From positions 22,754,001 through 22,818,000 of the forward strand of contig NC_086106.1 of NCBI RefSeq assembly GCF_963921235.1: 64,000 bases of DNA, given 5' to 3'. Both the position numbers and the translations under genes were made by a program. Numbering within the stretch: the stretch's first letter is position 1; the number at the start of each line of letters is the position of its first letter. This DNA is from Mobula hypostoma. Taxonomy: Eukaryota. Positions 13,301 through 26,344 of the stretch are shown here, piece by piece. The notes under the pieces are model-generated. The model saw nothing but the letters and a program-made list of their open reading frames with translations. It made no database searches and was not told where the DNA came from.

Positions 13301-14725
13301 TAAACTTAGCCGTACACAGGAGTTGGGGGCAAGACGCTATAAATATTTAAGACAAGTATTTATATATAATACATTTATATATAATATATATAAAGATGTC
13401 AGGAAAGACAGGCAGCTGATGGGGCAAACTTACAGCCTTTGGTATGAGTTGCAGTGCAACCAAAGCAAGAAGCACCAAATACTGGACTTAAAGTGTTATA
13501 CTGAAATGCACGCACCATAAGGAGTAAGGTGGATGATCTTGTCACACAGCTACAGATTGGCAGGTATGATATTATGGCCATAACTGAGACGTAGCTAAAA
13601 GATGCATGTCTCTGGGAGCTGAACATCCAAGGCCACACGGTGTATCGGAAGGATACCAGGTAGGCAGAGGAGTTGGCGTGGCTTTATTGGTAAGAAATGA
13701 TATTAAATCATTAGAAAGAGGTGACATAGGATCGGAAGGTGCAAAAAATTGTGGGTTGAGTTAAGAAATCGCAGGGGTAAAAGGACCCTGATGGTAGTTA
13801 TATACAGGCATCATAACAGCTGCAGTGATATGGACAACAAATTAAAAAAAAGAAACAGAAAGACCTTGTCAGATCGACAGTGTTATGATTATTGTGGGGA
13901 ATTTTAACATGCACGCGGTTTGGGAAAATTAGGTCGGCACTGGATCTCAAGAGAAACAATTTGTAGAATATCTAAGAGACTGCTTTTTAGAACAGCTTGT
14001 TGGTGAGCCCACTAGGGGACCTGCTATGCTGGAGTGGGTATTATGTAATGAAGCAGAGGTGATTAGAGAGATTGACGTGAAGGAACCCTAAGGAGGCAGT
14101 AATCATAACATGATAGCTTTCACTGTGAAATTTGAGAAACAGAAGCCGCAATCCGATGTGTTGGTATTTCAGTGGAGTGAAGTAAATTACAGTGTAATGA
14201 GAAAGGAACGGTCATAATTGGGACGCTGGGAGCGGAACAAAATCCAGGACACTGAGACTGACGTATTAGGAACAGGACGAGGACTAGAGTTAAGCAGGAG
14301 AAGAAGGGAAGAAACGGCGCTGGACATGACACAGGCCCTGTAGGAGACACGGATTCAGGGCCTGGGATAGGACTTGACTAGGATAGCGGAACCAGGACAT
14401 AGAACTGGTCAATGAGGCCTGGCCTTGGACTCCTAGCCAGAGACTGGACAAGGATACAGAACCTGGGTTTTGACTCGGGCTGGGATTCCGGAACAAGCCG
14501 AGGACGAGACGTGTCTACAGAATGAGGATGGAAACAGGACTGGACGTCAGACTCCTGGACCGGAGTACGGAACCCAGCACAAGACGAGGAAACCCCAGCA
14601 CCGAACTGGGAAGGCATACCTGGGCTGGACGAGGCACATGGATGAGACGAGAACACAATGCCGTCCTTGGACAGGACAATATTCTTGGACGTGGCTAGGA
14701 CTCGACGAGACCCCGAAGCCTTGAC

Positions 14726-14880
14726 TTGGTCAAAGGTGAGACAGGAACGCACAGCATTGGTCGAAGGTGTGACAGGAACGCAGAGCCTTGGCCGAGGCTG
14801 AGACAGGAACACAGACTCTTGGTCGAGGGAGATACAGGAACGCAGAGCGTTGGTCGAGCGAGAGACAGGAGCGCAGAGCC
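14726..14880. repeat. 31-bp tandem minisatellite, 5 copies, inside the solo LTR
   Basis: TTGG anchors at 14726, 14757, 14788, 14819 and 14850; unit approximately TTGGTCGAGGNGAGACAGGAACGCAGAGCC. Confidence 0.9.
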
Positions 14881-15282
14881 TAAAGCCTTGGTAATCATGG
14901 GAGAGAGGAATGCAGGACCGAGAGAGAGACAGGAACGTGGAACTTAGAGACGGGACCCTTCCTTGTCTACAGGACGTAGGGCCGGGACTCATTACACTGA
15001 ATGCAGAATATGACGAGACGGTTCCCAGCACTAGGTAGCAGCAAAAGTCCGGAACTACATAGCGAAGCTATGACGGTTCTATCACTAGATAGTGGCAGAC
15101 GGCCGGACCTGCCTAGTGATGGCGAGGAAGCAAAGACGGATCGCAACAGTAGGTAGAGGCAAAAGGCAGGACGTAACTAGCGAAAGCGTGGACACAGAGA
15201 CAGTTCAAAACAATGAAAGAGAGTTCCTTATCTTGCTTTGGCTATTAAACTTGACAGCGGTGAAGGCGAAGTTTGCAGACGA

Positions 15283-15367
15283 GGCAAGGCGAGGGAAGGC
15301 TTCCGGCCAGGCAAGGCGAGGCAAGGCAAGGCTTCAAGCAAGGCAAGGCATCCAGCGAGGCAAGGCG
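15283..15367. repeat. Degenerate (GGCAA/GGCGA)n pentamer array in the solo LTR
   Basis: GGCAAGGCGAGGGAAGGC...GGCAAGGCGAGGCAAGGCAAGGC seen directly. Confidence 0.8.
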
Positions 15368-17043
15368 ATGCTACATACGGAATGGGAAGTGTCCCGCAAC
15401 TGAAGATGAACCCAGGAGCTGTTTACTTAGCGAGCCCTAAATCAGATCATGTGCCTCAATTAAAGAACACAGCAGGGCAAGGGAAAACGGGAAAACCTGG
15501 AATACAGTTAATGGACCGGACCGTGACCGGGATGCGAACTTCAAGGGCCGAACCATGACAGGAACTGGCCAAAGTTGACTGGAGTGGGACACTCGCTGGA
15601 AGGCCGGCAGAGCAGCAGTCGCTGGAGTTTATGTGGGAAGTGAGGAAGGCGCAAGACACATATATTCCAAAACATAAGACATTTTCGAATGGAAAAAGCA
15701 TACAACCGTGGCTGACAAGAGAAGCCAAAGCCCAAGTTAAAGGAAAGGAGAGGGCATACAAGGAAACAAAAAACAGTGGGGAGACAGAGGATTGGGATGT
15801 TTTTAAAAGCTTACAGAAGGAAACTAAGAAGCTCACTAAGAGAGAGAAGATGGACTATGAAGGGAAGCTAGCAAATAATATCAAAGAGGATATATAATGC
15901 TTTTTCAAGTATATAAAGAGTAAAAGACAGGTGACACTAGATATAGAACCGATAGAAAATGATGCTGGAGAAAGTGTAATGGGAAATACGGAGATGGCGG
16001 AGGCACTGAACGAGAATTTTGCATAATTCTTCACTGAGGAAGAACTCAGCAGTGTACCGGACACTCAAGGGTATCATGGAAGAGAAATGTGCGCAGTCAA
16101 AATTACGACAGAGAAAATACTCATGAAGCTGTATAGTCTCAGGGTAGATAAATCTCCCGGACCAGATGGAATGCAACCGCGTGATCTGATGGAAGTAGAT
16201 GTGCAGATTGCGGAGGCATTAACAATGATCTTTCGAAACTCAATAGATTCTGGCATGGTTCAGTAGGTCTGGAAGATTGCAAATGTGACTCCGCCAATTA
16301 AGAAGAGGGCAAGGCACCAAAAAGGAAATTATAGACCTGTTAGCTTGACATCGGTCGTTGGGAAGTTGTTGGTTTCGATTGTCAAGTATGAGGTTACTGA
16401 GTACCTGGAGGCATATGACAACATATGAAGAACTTAACATGGTTTCCTTAAAGGAATACCTGCCAGGCAAACCTATTACAATTTTCTGAGGAATTTTCAT
16501 TAAGGCTCGACAAGGAAGATGCAGTGGATGTTGTGTATTTGGATTTTCAGAATGCCTTTGGCAAGGTGCTGCACATGAGGCTGCTACAGAAGATAAGTGT
16601 CCATGGAATTACGGGAAAGTTATATACGTGGACAGAGCGTTGACTGATTGGCAGTAAATGGAGAATTTTAATAAAGGTATAACATTCTGGTTGTCTGCTA
16701 GTTACCAGTGGTGTTCCACAGGGGTTCGTGTTGAGGCCGCTTTGTTTCACGTTATACATCAACGATTTGGAAGATGGAATAGATAGCTTTGTGGCAGCGT
16801 TTGCTGATGATCATAAGATAGTTGGAGTGGCCGGTGGTTTTGAGAAAACAGAGAGTCTGCGGAGAGTCTTGGATTGTTTGGGAGAATGGGCAGGGAAGTT
16901 CCAAATGAAATACAATGTTGGGAAGTGTATGGTCATGCACTTTGGTAGATGAAAAGAAAAATAAACGGGCAGACTATTATTTGAATGGGTCGATAATTCA
17001 AAGTTATTAGAGGCAACGAGACTTTGGAGTCCTCGTGTAGGAT

Positions 17044-17530
17044 CTGTCAGTCAGTGGATGCGGTCCCGAAACCGGAGTACGCGGCTATGCAACTCCGTCT
17101 TCTTCGATCCTTGCGAGAGCACCGAATACAGCCTTTCCTCCAGTTTGTTCTCGTTGGCCGCCTTGGCACCACCCCCCGCCACGCCGCTGAACTAGAGACC
17201 GATGCTGTGCCGGTCTTCAGCCGCGAGCACTTCTTCGAGCTAAGCCCTTCCTTTGGCGGAGGCCTCGGGCAGATACAGGCACACGATGCAGCGCCCGAGT
17301 TCATCATGTCTCTTCCAACTAGGTGCATCGCGTACGATTCGTAGGTATGTGATGAGGCTTTAACTTCTTCCACGGAAGATGGCCATTGGCTCACAAGAAG
17401 CTCAACTACCCCTTGTAAGGTCTTGTTATTTTTTTTTTTTCAGTCCTGTAGGGTGTCCTCACACACTCCTCACCAGACTAAGTCCGCTGTGGGAGCCGGC
17501 CAAGTCGCCGACCATTCGACCACGGCCCCC
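17044..17530 (-). mobile_element. Unclassified 487-bp GC-rich insertion (SINE-like or non-autonomous retroelement)
   Basis: 7-bp TSD GTAGGAT at 17037-17043 and 17531-17537; interrupts CR1 RT; the minus strand starts GGGGGCCGTGGTCGAATGG and ends CCACTGACTGACAG. Orientation is inferred. Confidence 0.7.
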
Positions 17531-19636
17531 GTAGGATACCCTTAATGTTAACCTCCAGGTTGAGTCGGTGCTGAAGAAGGCGACTGCAATGTTGGCATTA
17601 ATATCTGGAGGAATAGAGTATAGGGGCAGAGATGTGATGTTGAGGCTCTATAAGGCACTGGTGAGACCACACTTGGAGTACAGTGTGCCGTTTTGCGCTC
17701 CTCATTTAAGAAATGTTGTGCTGACGATGGCGAAGGTTCAGAGAAGATTCACTAGAATGATTCCGGAAATGAGAGGGTTAACATATGAGGAACGTTTGAC
17801 CACTCTTAGACTGTACTTCTTGGACTTTAGAAAAATGAGGGGGGACCTCATAGATTCATTTCGAATGTTGAAAGGCATGGACAGAGTGAATGTGGCAAAG
17901 TTATTTCCCATGGCGGAGCAGTCTAGTATGTGAGGGCATGACCTAAGGACTGAAGGGCGCCCATTCAGAACAGAGATGCGAATAACTTCTTTTTTCTAGC
18001 TAGAACGTCGTGAACCTGTGGAATTTGTTCTCACCGGCAGCAGTGGAGGGCAAATCATTGGGTGTGTTTAACGCAGAGATTGATAGGTATCTGAATAGCC
18101 AGGGCATCGAAGGTTATTGTGAGAAGGCGGGGGAGTGGGACTAAATGGGAGAATGGATCAGCTTATGATAAAATGGCAGAACAGACTCGATGGACCGAAT
18201 GACCGACTTCTGCTCCTTTGTCTTATGACCTTATGGTCTTATTAGTCAGGATTGGGCGTGGAAATGGGCAGAAGACAGGAGACTGGGGCTGAGAGCAAAA
18301 TTGAATCTGCTATTATGAAATGGGGCAGCAGATTCGATGGCTCAAATATCATAATTATGTTTCCATATATCAACAACAGAACAGTGGGGACGTTGTAACA
18401 GTAAACGATATTCTGCAAATAAAGCACGCACTATTATCCCCGATGAGCCGGAAATAAAGAGAGATCAGGTACTTAATAGGGAAAGGCATCAAGGTAACTG
18501 AAGACTTGGAGCAACTGGCTAAGGCTTGCTGGTTCTATGTTTGAGCAATGACTGCAGTTGAGAACTGATTTTAAATACGCGGGCGGTGTATTGTTGGAAA
18601 CTATCGTCAGTTCAGTCCTCTTCGCTGGTCCAAAACTGACAGTTCCCTACTTTTGTTGGCCAGCCAAGAAACACAAATCTAATTCAATATACACAAGCTG
18701 GATGCATTTCAATAAGATAAGCCAGGCTACCAATGATCAAGTACGTGGTACGCTGAACTCATATAGAAGAGACCTTTGGGGAAAAGTACATGTTTTCTTG
18801 GATGTGCAGACAGGTGTGAATGGACTGAAAAGAAGGGATATGTATTGCTTGCCATCAGCGGAATCTATACTCATATCAGGGCATGCTAGTCAGCTTTAAT
18901 GCAGGACGGCATAGCCGTAATTCCTGAAGTTCTATTCGCCATAGTACTGATGGAGACAGTTGGGTGCAGAGGTTGCAGGAAAGACTAACAAAGATCAGCA
19001 AAGTCCGCCTTATCAGAAGAGACTGGATGGGTTCTGCTGAAAAATGCTGATGGGTGGACTTTTAAAATTCAAACATAAAGAGGCGCAAATAGCTGTTTTT
19101 TTTTCAGTGTGATCTATGCTTGAATGCACGAGGAGCATCCGGCGTGCATGGATTATATTATATTTTTTGGAGAACGTTCAGAAAAGTATCTTCATCCGCA
19201 AAAACATGCATCTTGTTAAACTTGGCTATCTGGATTCAGAATTGGTTTCCCACCAGGAGGCTGGGCCTGATAACAAAGTCAGATTATTGGACAAATGCCG
19301 AAATGAGAAAGAGACTCAAATACATGGACATCCTTTTAGAACAGACAGGAGGTTGGGTTTAGTTGGTCGGAGAGAGCGGAACCTGTGGAAGTCTTTGCAA
19401 CAGATAGCTGCTTATGCCAAATCTGTACAGAGGTTGATCGATTCTTGTTGGGTCAGTGTAAAAGGATACGGGAGAGTAGAACGTTGATTGACGATGGGAA
19501 GAGAAATGGATCACACATCATGAAATAGCGGGCAAAATTCTGTTCACTGGACATCCATTACCCATTTCAGGGTTCCATTTATAGTCCTATTCCTCTCCCC
19601 ACTTGCTTACCACGCCAAAATGTATTTGTGAACATA

Positions 19637-21230
19637 CAGTGGCATGCAAACTTTTGGCAGCCCTGGTCAAAATTTCTGTTACTGTGAATAGTTAAGTGAG
19701 CGGAAGATGAACTGATCTCCAAAAGTCGTAAAGTTAAAGAGGTAATATTATTTTCGACATTTTAAGCAAAATTAGTGTATTTTTTTTTATTTTGTTCAAT
19801 TTTAGAGTGATAAAAACAGCACAATGCAAATGTTTCGGGACCCTAAGAGAATTGAGCTCTCGGATAACTTTTACCAAGTTCACAGACCTCAATTAATTTG
19901 TTAGAGCCCTGACTTGTTCACAGTCAAGTTTAGGAAAAGCCAGGTAATGCACATTTCGGAGCTTTATAGATACCCTGACTCCGCAAACTTGCCCCAACAA
20001 TCAGGAACTATGGGCTCCTCTCAGCAGCTGCCTGGCACTCTGAAAATTAAAATTACTGACGCCCACAAAGCAGGAGAAGGCTATAAGAAGATAGCAAAGT
20101 GTTCTCATCCAGCCGTTTCGTCAGATCGTAATGTAAGTAAGAAATGGCAGATAATAGGAACGGTGGAAGTCAGGTTGACGTCTGGAAGACTAAGAAAACT
20201 GCTCGTAGGATTTCTAGAAAAGTAAATCAAAACCGTTTGACTGCAATAAAACTTCAAAAAGTTTTAGCAGACCCTGGAGTGGTAGTGCACTGTTCGACTG
20301 TGCAGCGACACCTCCACAGATATGCACTTCATCGAAAGTTCATCAGAATATAACCTTTCCTGCGTCCTCGCCACCAAAATTCAGCGTCGGATCTTTGCAA
20401 AGGAACATCTTCTCAAGCCTGATGCATTCTGGGGACTGTTGACGTTAAAATAGAACAGTTTGGCCGCAATGAGCGGAGATATGTTTGGAGAAAAAAAAGG
20501 TGCAGTATTTCGAGAAAAGAACATCTGTCCAACTATTAAGCACGGGGATAGATCGATCATATTTTGGGCTTGTGTAGCAGAAGTTGCACGGGGTACATTT
20601 CACTATTAGAGGGAAGAATGAATTCAATTAAATACCAGCAAATTCTGGAAGGAGAGATCTCACTGTCTGTTAAAAAAAAAGCTGAAGATGAAAAGAGGAT
20701 GGCTTCTACAACAGGATAATGAACCCAAGCACACCTCAAAATATACAATGGACTATCTCAAGAGGCGCAAGCTGAAGGTTTTGCCATGGGCCTAATAGTC
20801 CCCTGACCTAAATATCATCGAAAATCTGTGGACAGATCTCAAAAGAACAGTGTATGCAAGACAGCCCAAGAATCTGACAGATCTATAAGCTTTTTGCAAG
20901 GAATACTGGGCGAAAATCCCCCAAACAAGAACTGAAAGACTATTAATTGGCTACAGAAAACGTTTACAAGCTGTGATACTTGCCAAAGGAGGTGTTACTA
21001 AGTACTGACAATGCAGGGTGCCCAACATTTTGCTTCATCCCTTTTCCTTTTTTTTTGCCATTTTGAAACTGTAAAAGGTGGAAATAAAAAAAAAATCTTG
21101 CTTAAAATATTAAAGAAATGTTTCATCTTTAACTTTATGCCTTTTGGATATCAGGTCATCTTTTACTCGCTTATCTATGCATAGTAACAGAAAATTTGAC
21201 TCGGCGTGCACAAACCTCTGCATGCCACTG
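19637..21230 (+). mobile_element. Full-length Tc1-family DNA transposon (about 1.6 kb, IR/DR-type long TIRs)
   Basis: TA|CAGTGGCATGCA ... TGCATGCCACTG|TG; imperfect TIRs about 19637-19843 and 21016-21230 with inner direct-repeat motifs; internal transposase pseudogene. Confidence 0.9.
20010..21008 (+). pseudogene. Tc1 DD34E transposase pseudogene
   Basis: MGSSQQLPGTLKIKITDAHKAGEGYKKIAK (paired-like HTH); QQDNEPKH...WA**SPDLNIIENLW with 34 positions between D and E; ends GGVTKY*; several stops and frameshifts. Confidence 0.9.
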
Positions 21231-21329
21231 TGGATGTACGCTCCATATTGAAAGCCCAAATCGCTGCCTTTAGCCCTGTGACATCCGTTGACATCAGAAG
21301 GAATCTAACAGATATCACTCTCTCTCAGT

Positions 21330-22200
21330 TATGAGACCTGGCAAGAAAATATCTCAGGTCAAGTAGTCAGGGTGTGTGCACATTTGCTCATTGATATCTT
21401 TACGGACTTCTTCAAAACATCAGTTATTCTTATTTCGGATCATCCCCCATGGTCACAGTAGCAAATAGCTCTAAACTTTGAAACTAAACGACTAAACAAC
21501 TACAGACCGGTAGCATTGACTCCAGTCGCCTTGAATTGTTTTGAAAGGTTGGCCACACTGATCACCAATCATTATTTTAAGCGACAGAATTTGTCTGCCT
21601 TTGAGAGTTTTCTATGTCCAGATATGTAACCATTTGGACAGACACCGAACTATATGGTATACGCAGTCTGTCTTCCTTCTTGGGTGGTCATGTCGCTCTG
21701 AACCTGCCGAGATTTTGAAGAAAAATACAAAACTATTTATGAAAGCAAGACAATGGATGTTGTCATCATTGTCGTTCACAAGGTCCAACATGGAAGTCCG
21801 TCAAGAGGGTTCAATCTTATTAAATTGGATAAGGCATTGGATTTGTGGGAGAATCTACAAAATGAGAGTAGATGTTACCTCTCCGATGGGAGTACTATGA
21901 CTAGTGGAGTAGTACAAGTGTGTTGTGTGTAATCTATACCGACGATCCGGTTGTCAATGTGGTTAAGCGGATAGAAGATTTGCTGACCACAACATGATTG
22001 AGGTTTGTTGGACACCGTGAAATGTTATCATGGAATCCAGAGAGATCTGGATCAGCTGAAACCTGATAACAAAAATGTCAAGTTTGATGTGTTCCGCTGC
22101 ACCAACCAGGTAGGAAACAGATGAATATGGTGGGGGGAAAAATGGGAATCTGATAGTATAGGTTATTAATTATTTGAAAGTTGTATCACAGTTAGATTGG
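21330..22200 (+). mobile_element. Adjacent degenerate Rex1/Babar and CR1 RT fragments
   Basis: DYRPVALTPVALNCFERL at about 21500-21555; CR1-like RT remnants from about 21770. Confidence 0.5.
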
Positions 22201-22221
22201 GACTTAAGGATGTTTTTAAAC

Positions 22222-23775
22222 ATAGAACATAGAACAGTACAGCACATTACAGGCCTTTCGGCTCACTGTGTTGTTCCGACACTCAAACCCAGCCTCCCAT
22301 ATACACCCTCAACTTAAATTCCTCCATATACCTGTCTAGTAGTCTCTTAAACTTCACCAGTGTATCTGCCTCCAGCACTGACTCAGGCAGTTCATTCCAC
22401 GCACCAGCACTCTCGGAGTAAAAAAAAACCTTCCTCTAATATCCCCCTTGAACTTCCCATCCCTTGCCTTAAAGCCATGTCCTCTTTTTTTGAGCAGTCG
22501 TGCCCTGGAGAAGAGGTGCTGGCTATCCACTCTATCTATTCCTCTTATTATTTTGTACATCTCTATCATGACCCATGTCATCGTCCTTCTCTCCAAAGAG
22601 TAAAGCCCTATCTCCCTTGATCTCTGATCATAATGCATACTCTCTAAATCAGGCAGCATCCTGGTAATTCTCCTCTGTACCCCTTCCAATGCTTCCACAT
22701 CCTTCCTATTGTGAGGCGACCAGAACTGGACACAGTACTACAAGTGTGGCCTAACCAGAGTTTTATAGAGCTGCATCATTACATCGAGACTCTTAAACTC
22801 TATCCCTCGGCTTATGGATGCTAACACCCCATAAGCGTTCTTAACTACCCTATCTACCTGTGAGGCAACTTTCAGGGATCTGTGGACATGTACCCCCTGA
22901 TCCCTCTGCTCCTCCACACTACCAAGTATCATGCCGTCTACATTGTACTCTGCCTTGGAGTTTGTCCTTCCAAATTCTACCACCTCACAGTTCTCTGGGT
23001 TGAATTCCATCCGCTACTTCTCAGCCTAATTCTGCATCCTATCCATGTCTCTCTGCAATCTTCTAAAATCCTCTACACTATCGACATCTCCACCAACCTT
23101 TGTGCCGTTTGCAAACTTGGCAACCCACCCTTCTACCCCCACATCCAGATCATTATAAAAATCACGAAAAGTAGAGGTCGCAGAACAGATCCTTGTGGGA
23201 CAGCACTAGTCACAATCCTCCAATCTGAATGTACTCTCTCCACCACGACCCTCTGCCTTCTGCAGGCAAGTCAATTCTGAATCCAGCTGGCTAAACTTCC
23301 CTTGATCCCATGCCTTCTGATTTTTTGAATAAGCCTACCGTGTGGAACCTTGTCAAATGCCATCTATAATCCATATAGATCACATCCTCTGTACTGCCCT
23401 CATCTATATGCCTGTTCATCTCCCCAATGAAATCTATCAGGCTTGTTAGGCACGATTTGCCGTTCACAAAGCTATGCTGACTGTCCCTGATCAGATCATG
23501 ATTCTCCAAATGCCCGTAGATCCTATCTCTAATAATCTTTTCCAACAGCTTCGCACCACAGATGTAAGGATCACTGTTCTATAATCACCAGGACTATTTC
23601 TACTATTTTTTTTTGAACAAAGGGACAACATTCGCCTCCCACCAATCCTCCGGTACCTTTCCCGTGTACGACGAGGACATCAGGATCCTAGCCAAAGGCT
23701 CAACAATCTCTTCCCTCGTCTCATGGAGCAGCCTGGGGAATATTCCGTCAGGCTCCGGGGACTTATCGGTCCTTT
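22222..23775 (-). mobile_element. 5'-truncated CR1 LINE (RT plus 3' UTR and tail)
   Basis: Tail CATAGAACATAGAAC; ORFs 22354-22698, 22738-23010 (LYKTLVRPHL) and 23291-23545 (SQHSFVNGKSCLTSL). Confidence 0.85.
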
Positions 23776-23802
23776 TGACACATTAGCGTTTTTTTAAAGG
23801 TA

Positions 23803-24634
23803 TGTTACGTACCCCGTAACTAGGTTGCCAAACCAGCAGAAATGGACCACTTACTTGGAGTCTGGATTACGGGAACTAAGAAAGTTTTATTAAAGAAATA
23901 AGCAACACAGTACTCTAATCGTAAGGATATAAACGCAACAGGTTAGCAATGACAAAACACACATGTACACAGAACTACAATAATAGGAATCAATCAAGCT
24001 CTATCGCAGTCTAGGGGTAAAATGATCAGTCTCAAGTGACGCAGAGTCAGTTCAGCTGAGTACAGTTCGCAGTAATCGCTGTTGTGCCGTTGGACAGAGA
24101 GAAAGTGAATATGCAAATTCTGATTCAAACTGACCTCTGTTCTTCGCAGTTAGCTTTCGGGCGAACCCTTTTAATGTCTTCTGTGGCCACCGACTGTGAC
24201 GCCTCCGTTCCAGATACGACCATTCCTCCGCGGTGAACCCGGCACCCAGGCAAGGGCGGACATACACACCAGGTCCCGACGGTCGTACCCGTTTCACCAT
24301 GTGCGTCTATGGACGATTTCCGCGACCAGACCTCCAAATTCCAACCAACGTGTGGGGGCACACCGCTTTTCCAGGGTCTCGTTATCTCGTGATCTCGTGG
24401 TGTCTGTCGTGCCTCAGCGATCCTGTTCGTTTTATCCCCCTGCTGGGGTATCGCCTGTCCATCAAACTTCAAACAGTTCAGGTTCAAAACAACCGGTCTG
24501 TCAATACTCGGAACTGTGTGTTTTTTTTTAGTTAAGCTCTCTCCTCTCTCATTAACACATTGAACGCTTCTCCATTTGTTTCTCTTATCTCTGTCATCAG
24601 TATCAATCTTCTGATAACTTGGTTTTTCGACACA
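23803..24634 (-). mobile_element. Solo LTR (832 bp, Gypsy-like)
   Basis: TGTTACG ... CACA termini; 4-bp TSD GGTA at 23799-23802 and 24635-24638; AATAAA on the minus strand near 23885-23890. Confidence 0.75.
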
Positions 24635-25169
24635 GGTAATATATGGTAGAGGAGCGGTATGGTACGTTAACGTAGCATAAGGCGTTTGTGAGGACAAATT
24701 TGGCGAATTTTCTGCAGTTATGGTCAGCTATCCGCTGGAAAGGTGTAATTACGGTTGAAATGGTGTAAAGGATATTTATTAGAAAGTCTCCCGGTCAGAC
24801 AGATCAGAGTTGTGAGGACAGGATGAAACAATTCGGACGTTATTTCTCAGAGCTTATCTATTTGAGAGGGGATTTGACAGAAGTATACAAATTTATGAAA
24901 GATATTGTCGTGGAAATATTAACTAAGAACACCAGTGACTTCAAGTTTCCTTTTAAGAGTTTAATTACATGATATTATGGAGAGTATGCAGCAATTTCCT
25001 CCGCCAGCAAAACTCTGATTTTTAGGTTGTACAGAGCTCATACCCATACAGCGATATAAACAACTACACATAACTTTGTTTGGCACACCACGGTCAGTAC
25101 ATGACCAATTGTTTAAAGGACAAGTGAATTACTTCTCAGCGTGAGTGCAACAGTTCTTCCTGATTCCTG

Positions 25170-26335
25170 TTAGAACCATAAACCCATACAACATTACAGC
25201 TCAGAAACAGGTCTATTGGTTCTTTTGGCTCTGCCGAACCATCTCTCTGCCTAGTCCCAGTAACCTGCACCTGGGTCATATCCATCTATACACATCCCAT
25301 CAATGGACCTGTCCAAGCTTTTTTCAATGTTAAAAGTGATACCACATTTTCCACTTCATCTGGCAGCGTTCATTCCACACTCCCACCATTCTCTGTATGA
25401 GGAACCCCCCCCCCCCACCCTCCCAACGTTCCATATAACCATATAAACGTAACCATTACAGCACGGAAACAGGCCATCTCGGCCCTTCTAGTCCGTGCCA
25501 AACTCTTACTCTCACGTAGTCCCACCGACCTACACTCAGCCCATAACCCTCCATTAATTTCCTGTCCATATATCTATCCAATTTAACCTTAAACGACAAC
25601 ATCGTACCCGCCTCAACCATTTCTGCTGGAAGCTCATTCTACACAGCCACCACGCTCTGAGTAAAGAAATTCCGTCTCATGTCACCCCTAAATTTTGGCC
25701 TTTAAATTTCAACTCATGTTTTCTACTTTGAATCTTCCCCATTCTCAATGGACAAAAACACCTATCCACGTCAATTCTATGAATCACCCGCATAATTTTA
25801 AACACCTCTGTCAAGTCCACTCTTAACCTTCTACGCTCCAAAGAATAAAGACCTAAATTGTTCAATCTTTCTCTGTAACTTAGGAGATGAAACACAGGCA
25901 ACATTTTAGTGAACCTCCTCCGTACTCTCTCAATTTTATTGACAACTTTCCTATGCTTCGGTGACCAGAACTGTACACCATACTCCAAATGTGGCCTTAT
26001 GTATATTTAAGCTTTAAAGTTGAAGTTAAAGTTCCCTTTAAGATTTCTACCCTTCACCCTTAATCCATGTTCTTTGCTTTTTCCCCTCCCATAGCCTTAG
26101 TGGAAAAAGCTTGCTTGCATTCACTCTATCAATAACCATCATTATTTTATCTACCTCTATCAAATTTTCCCTCATTCTCCTACGCTCCGGGGAATAAAGT
26201 CCAAACCTATTGAACCTTCCTCTGTAACTCAGTATCTCAATCACGGCAACATCCTTGTAAACCTTCTCTGCACTCTTTCAAACGTATTAATATCCTTCCT
26301 ATTACTTGGTGACCAAAACTGTATACAATACTCTA
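25170..26335 (-). mobile_element. Three tandem 3'-end fragments of CR1 LINEs
   Basis: Repeated AACCATA-type tails (about 25175 and 25430) and RRRLRVDLTEV / RRRMRENLIEV translations. Confidence 0.7.
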
Positions 26336-26344
26336 AATTATTTA

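Larger units (their letters stand above)
14210..15560 (-). mobile_element. Solo LTR (about 1.35 kb, Gypsy-like) inserted in CR1
   Basis: 5-bp TSD GGAAC at 14205-14209 and 15561-15565; termini GGTCAT (TGTCAT with one change) ... ATGACA; CR1 sequence resumes in register after removal. Confidence 0.75.
13505..18243 (+). mobile_element. CR1 LINE ORF2 (EN-RT) plus 3' UTR, split by two nested insertions
   Basis: Continuous CR1 homology on each side of 14210-15560 and 17044-17530; YINDLEDG...AFADD (16728-16952), LYKALVRPHLEYS (17568-17933); CR1 3' UTR ending TCTTATGACCTTATGGTCTTATTA. Confidence 0.85.

Noticed and set aside
14726-14880. CRISPR-like periodic repeat
   Set aside because: Units are contiguous 31-mers with no unique spacers, lie inside a TSD-flanked LTR in vertebrate DNA, and there are no cas genes.
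14378-15031. 217-aa minus-strand ORF
   Set aside because: Lies wholly within the repeat-rich solo LTR, its periodic peptide mirrors the tandem DNA units, and it has no recognisable domain.
18558-18899. 113-aa ORF containing a YFC tripeptide
   Set aside because: No first Cys, WYxQ or DxAxYxC context and no RSS; not a V remnant.
20110-20128. CTGACGA...GAAAC-like hammerhead hit on the minus strand
   Set aside because: No room for stem II and it lies within the Tc1 transposase sequence.
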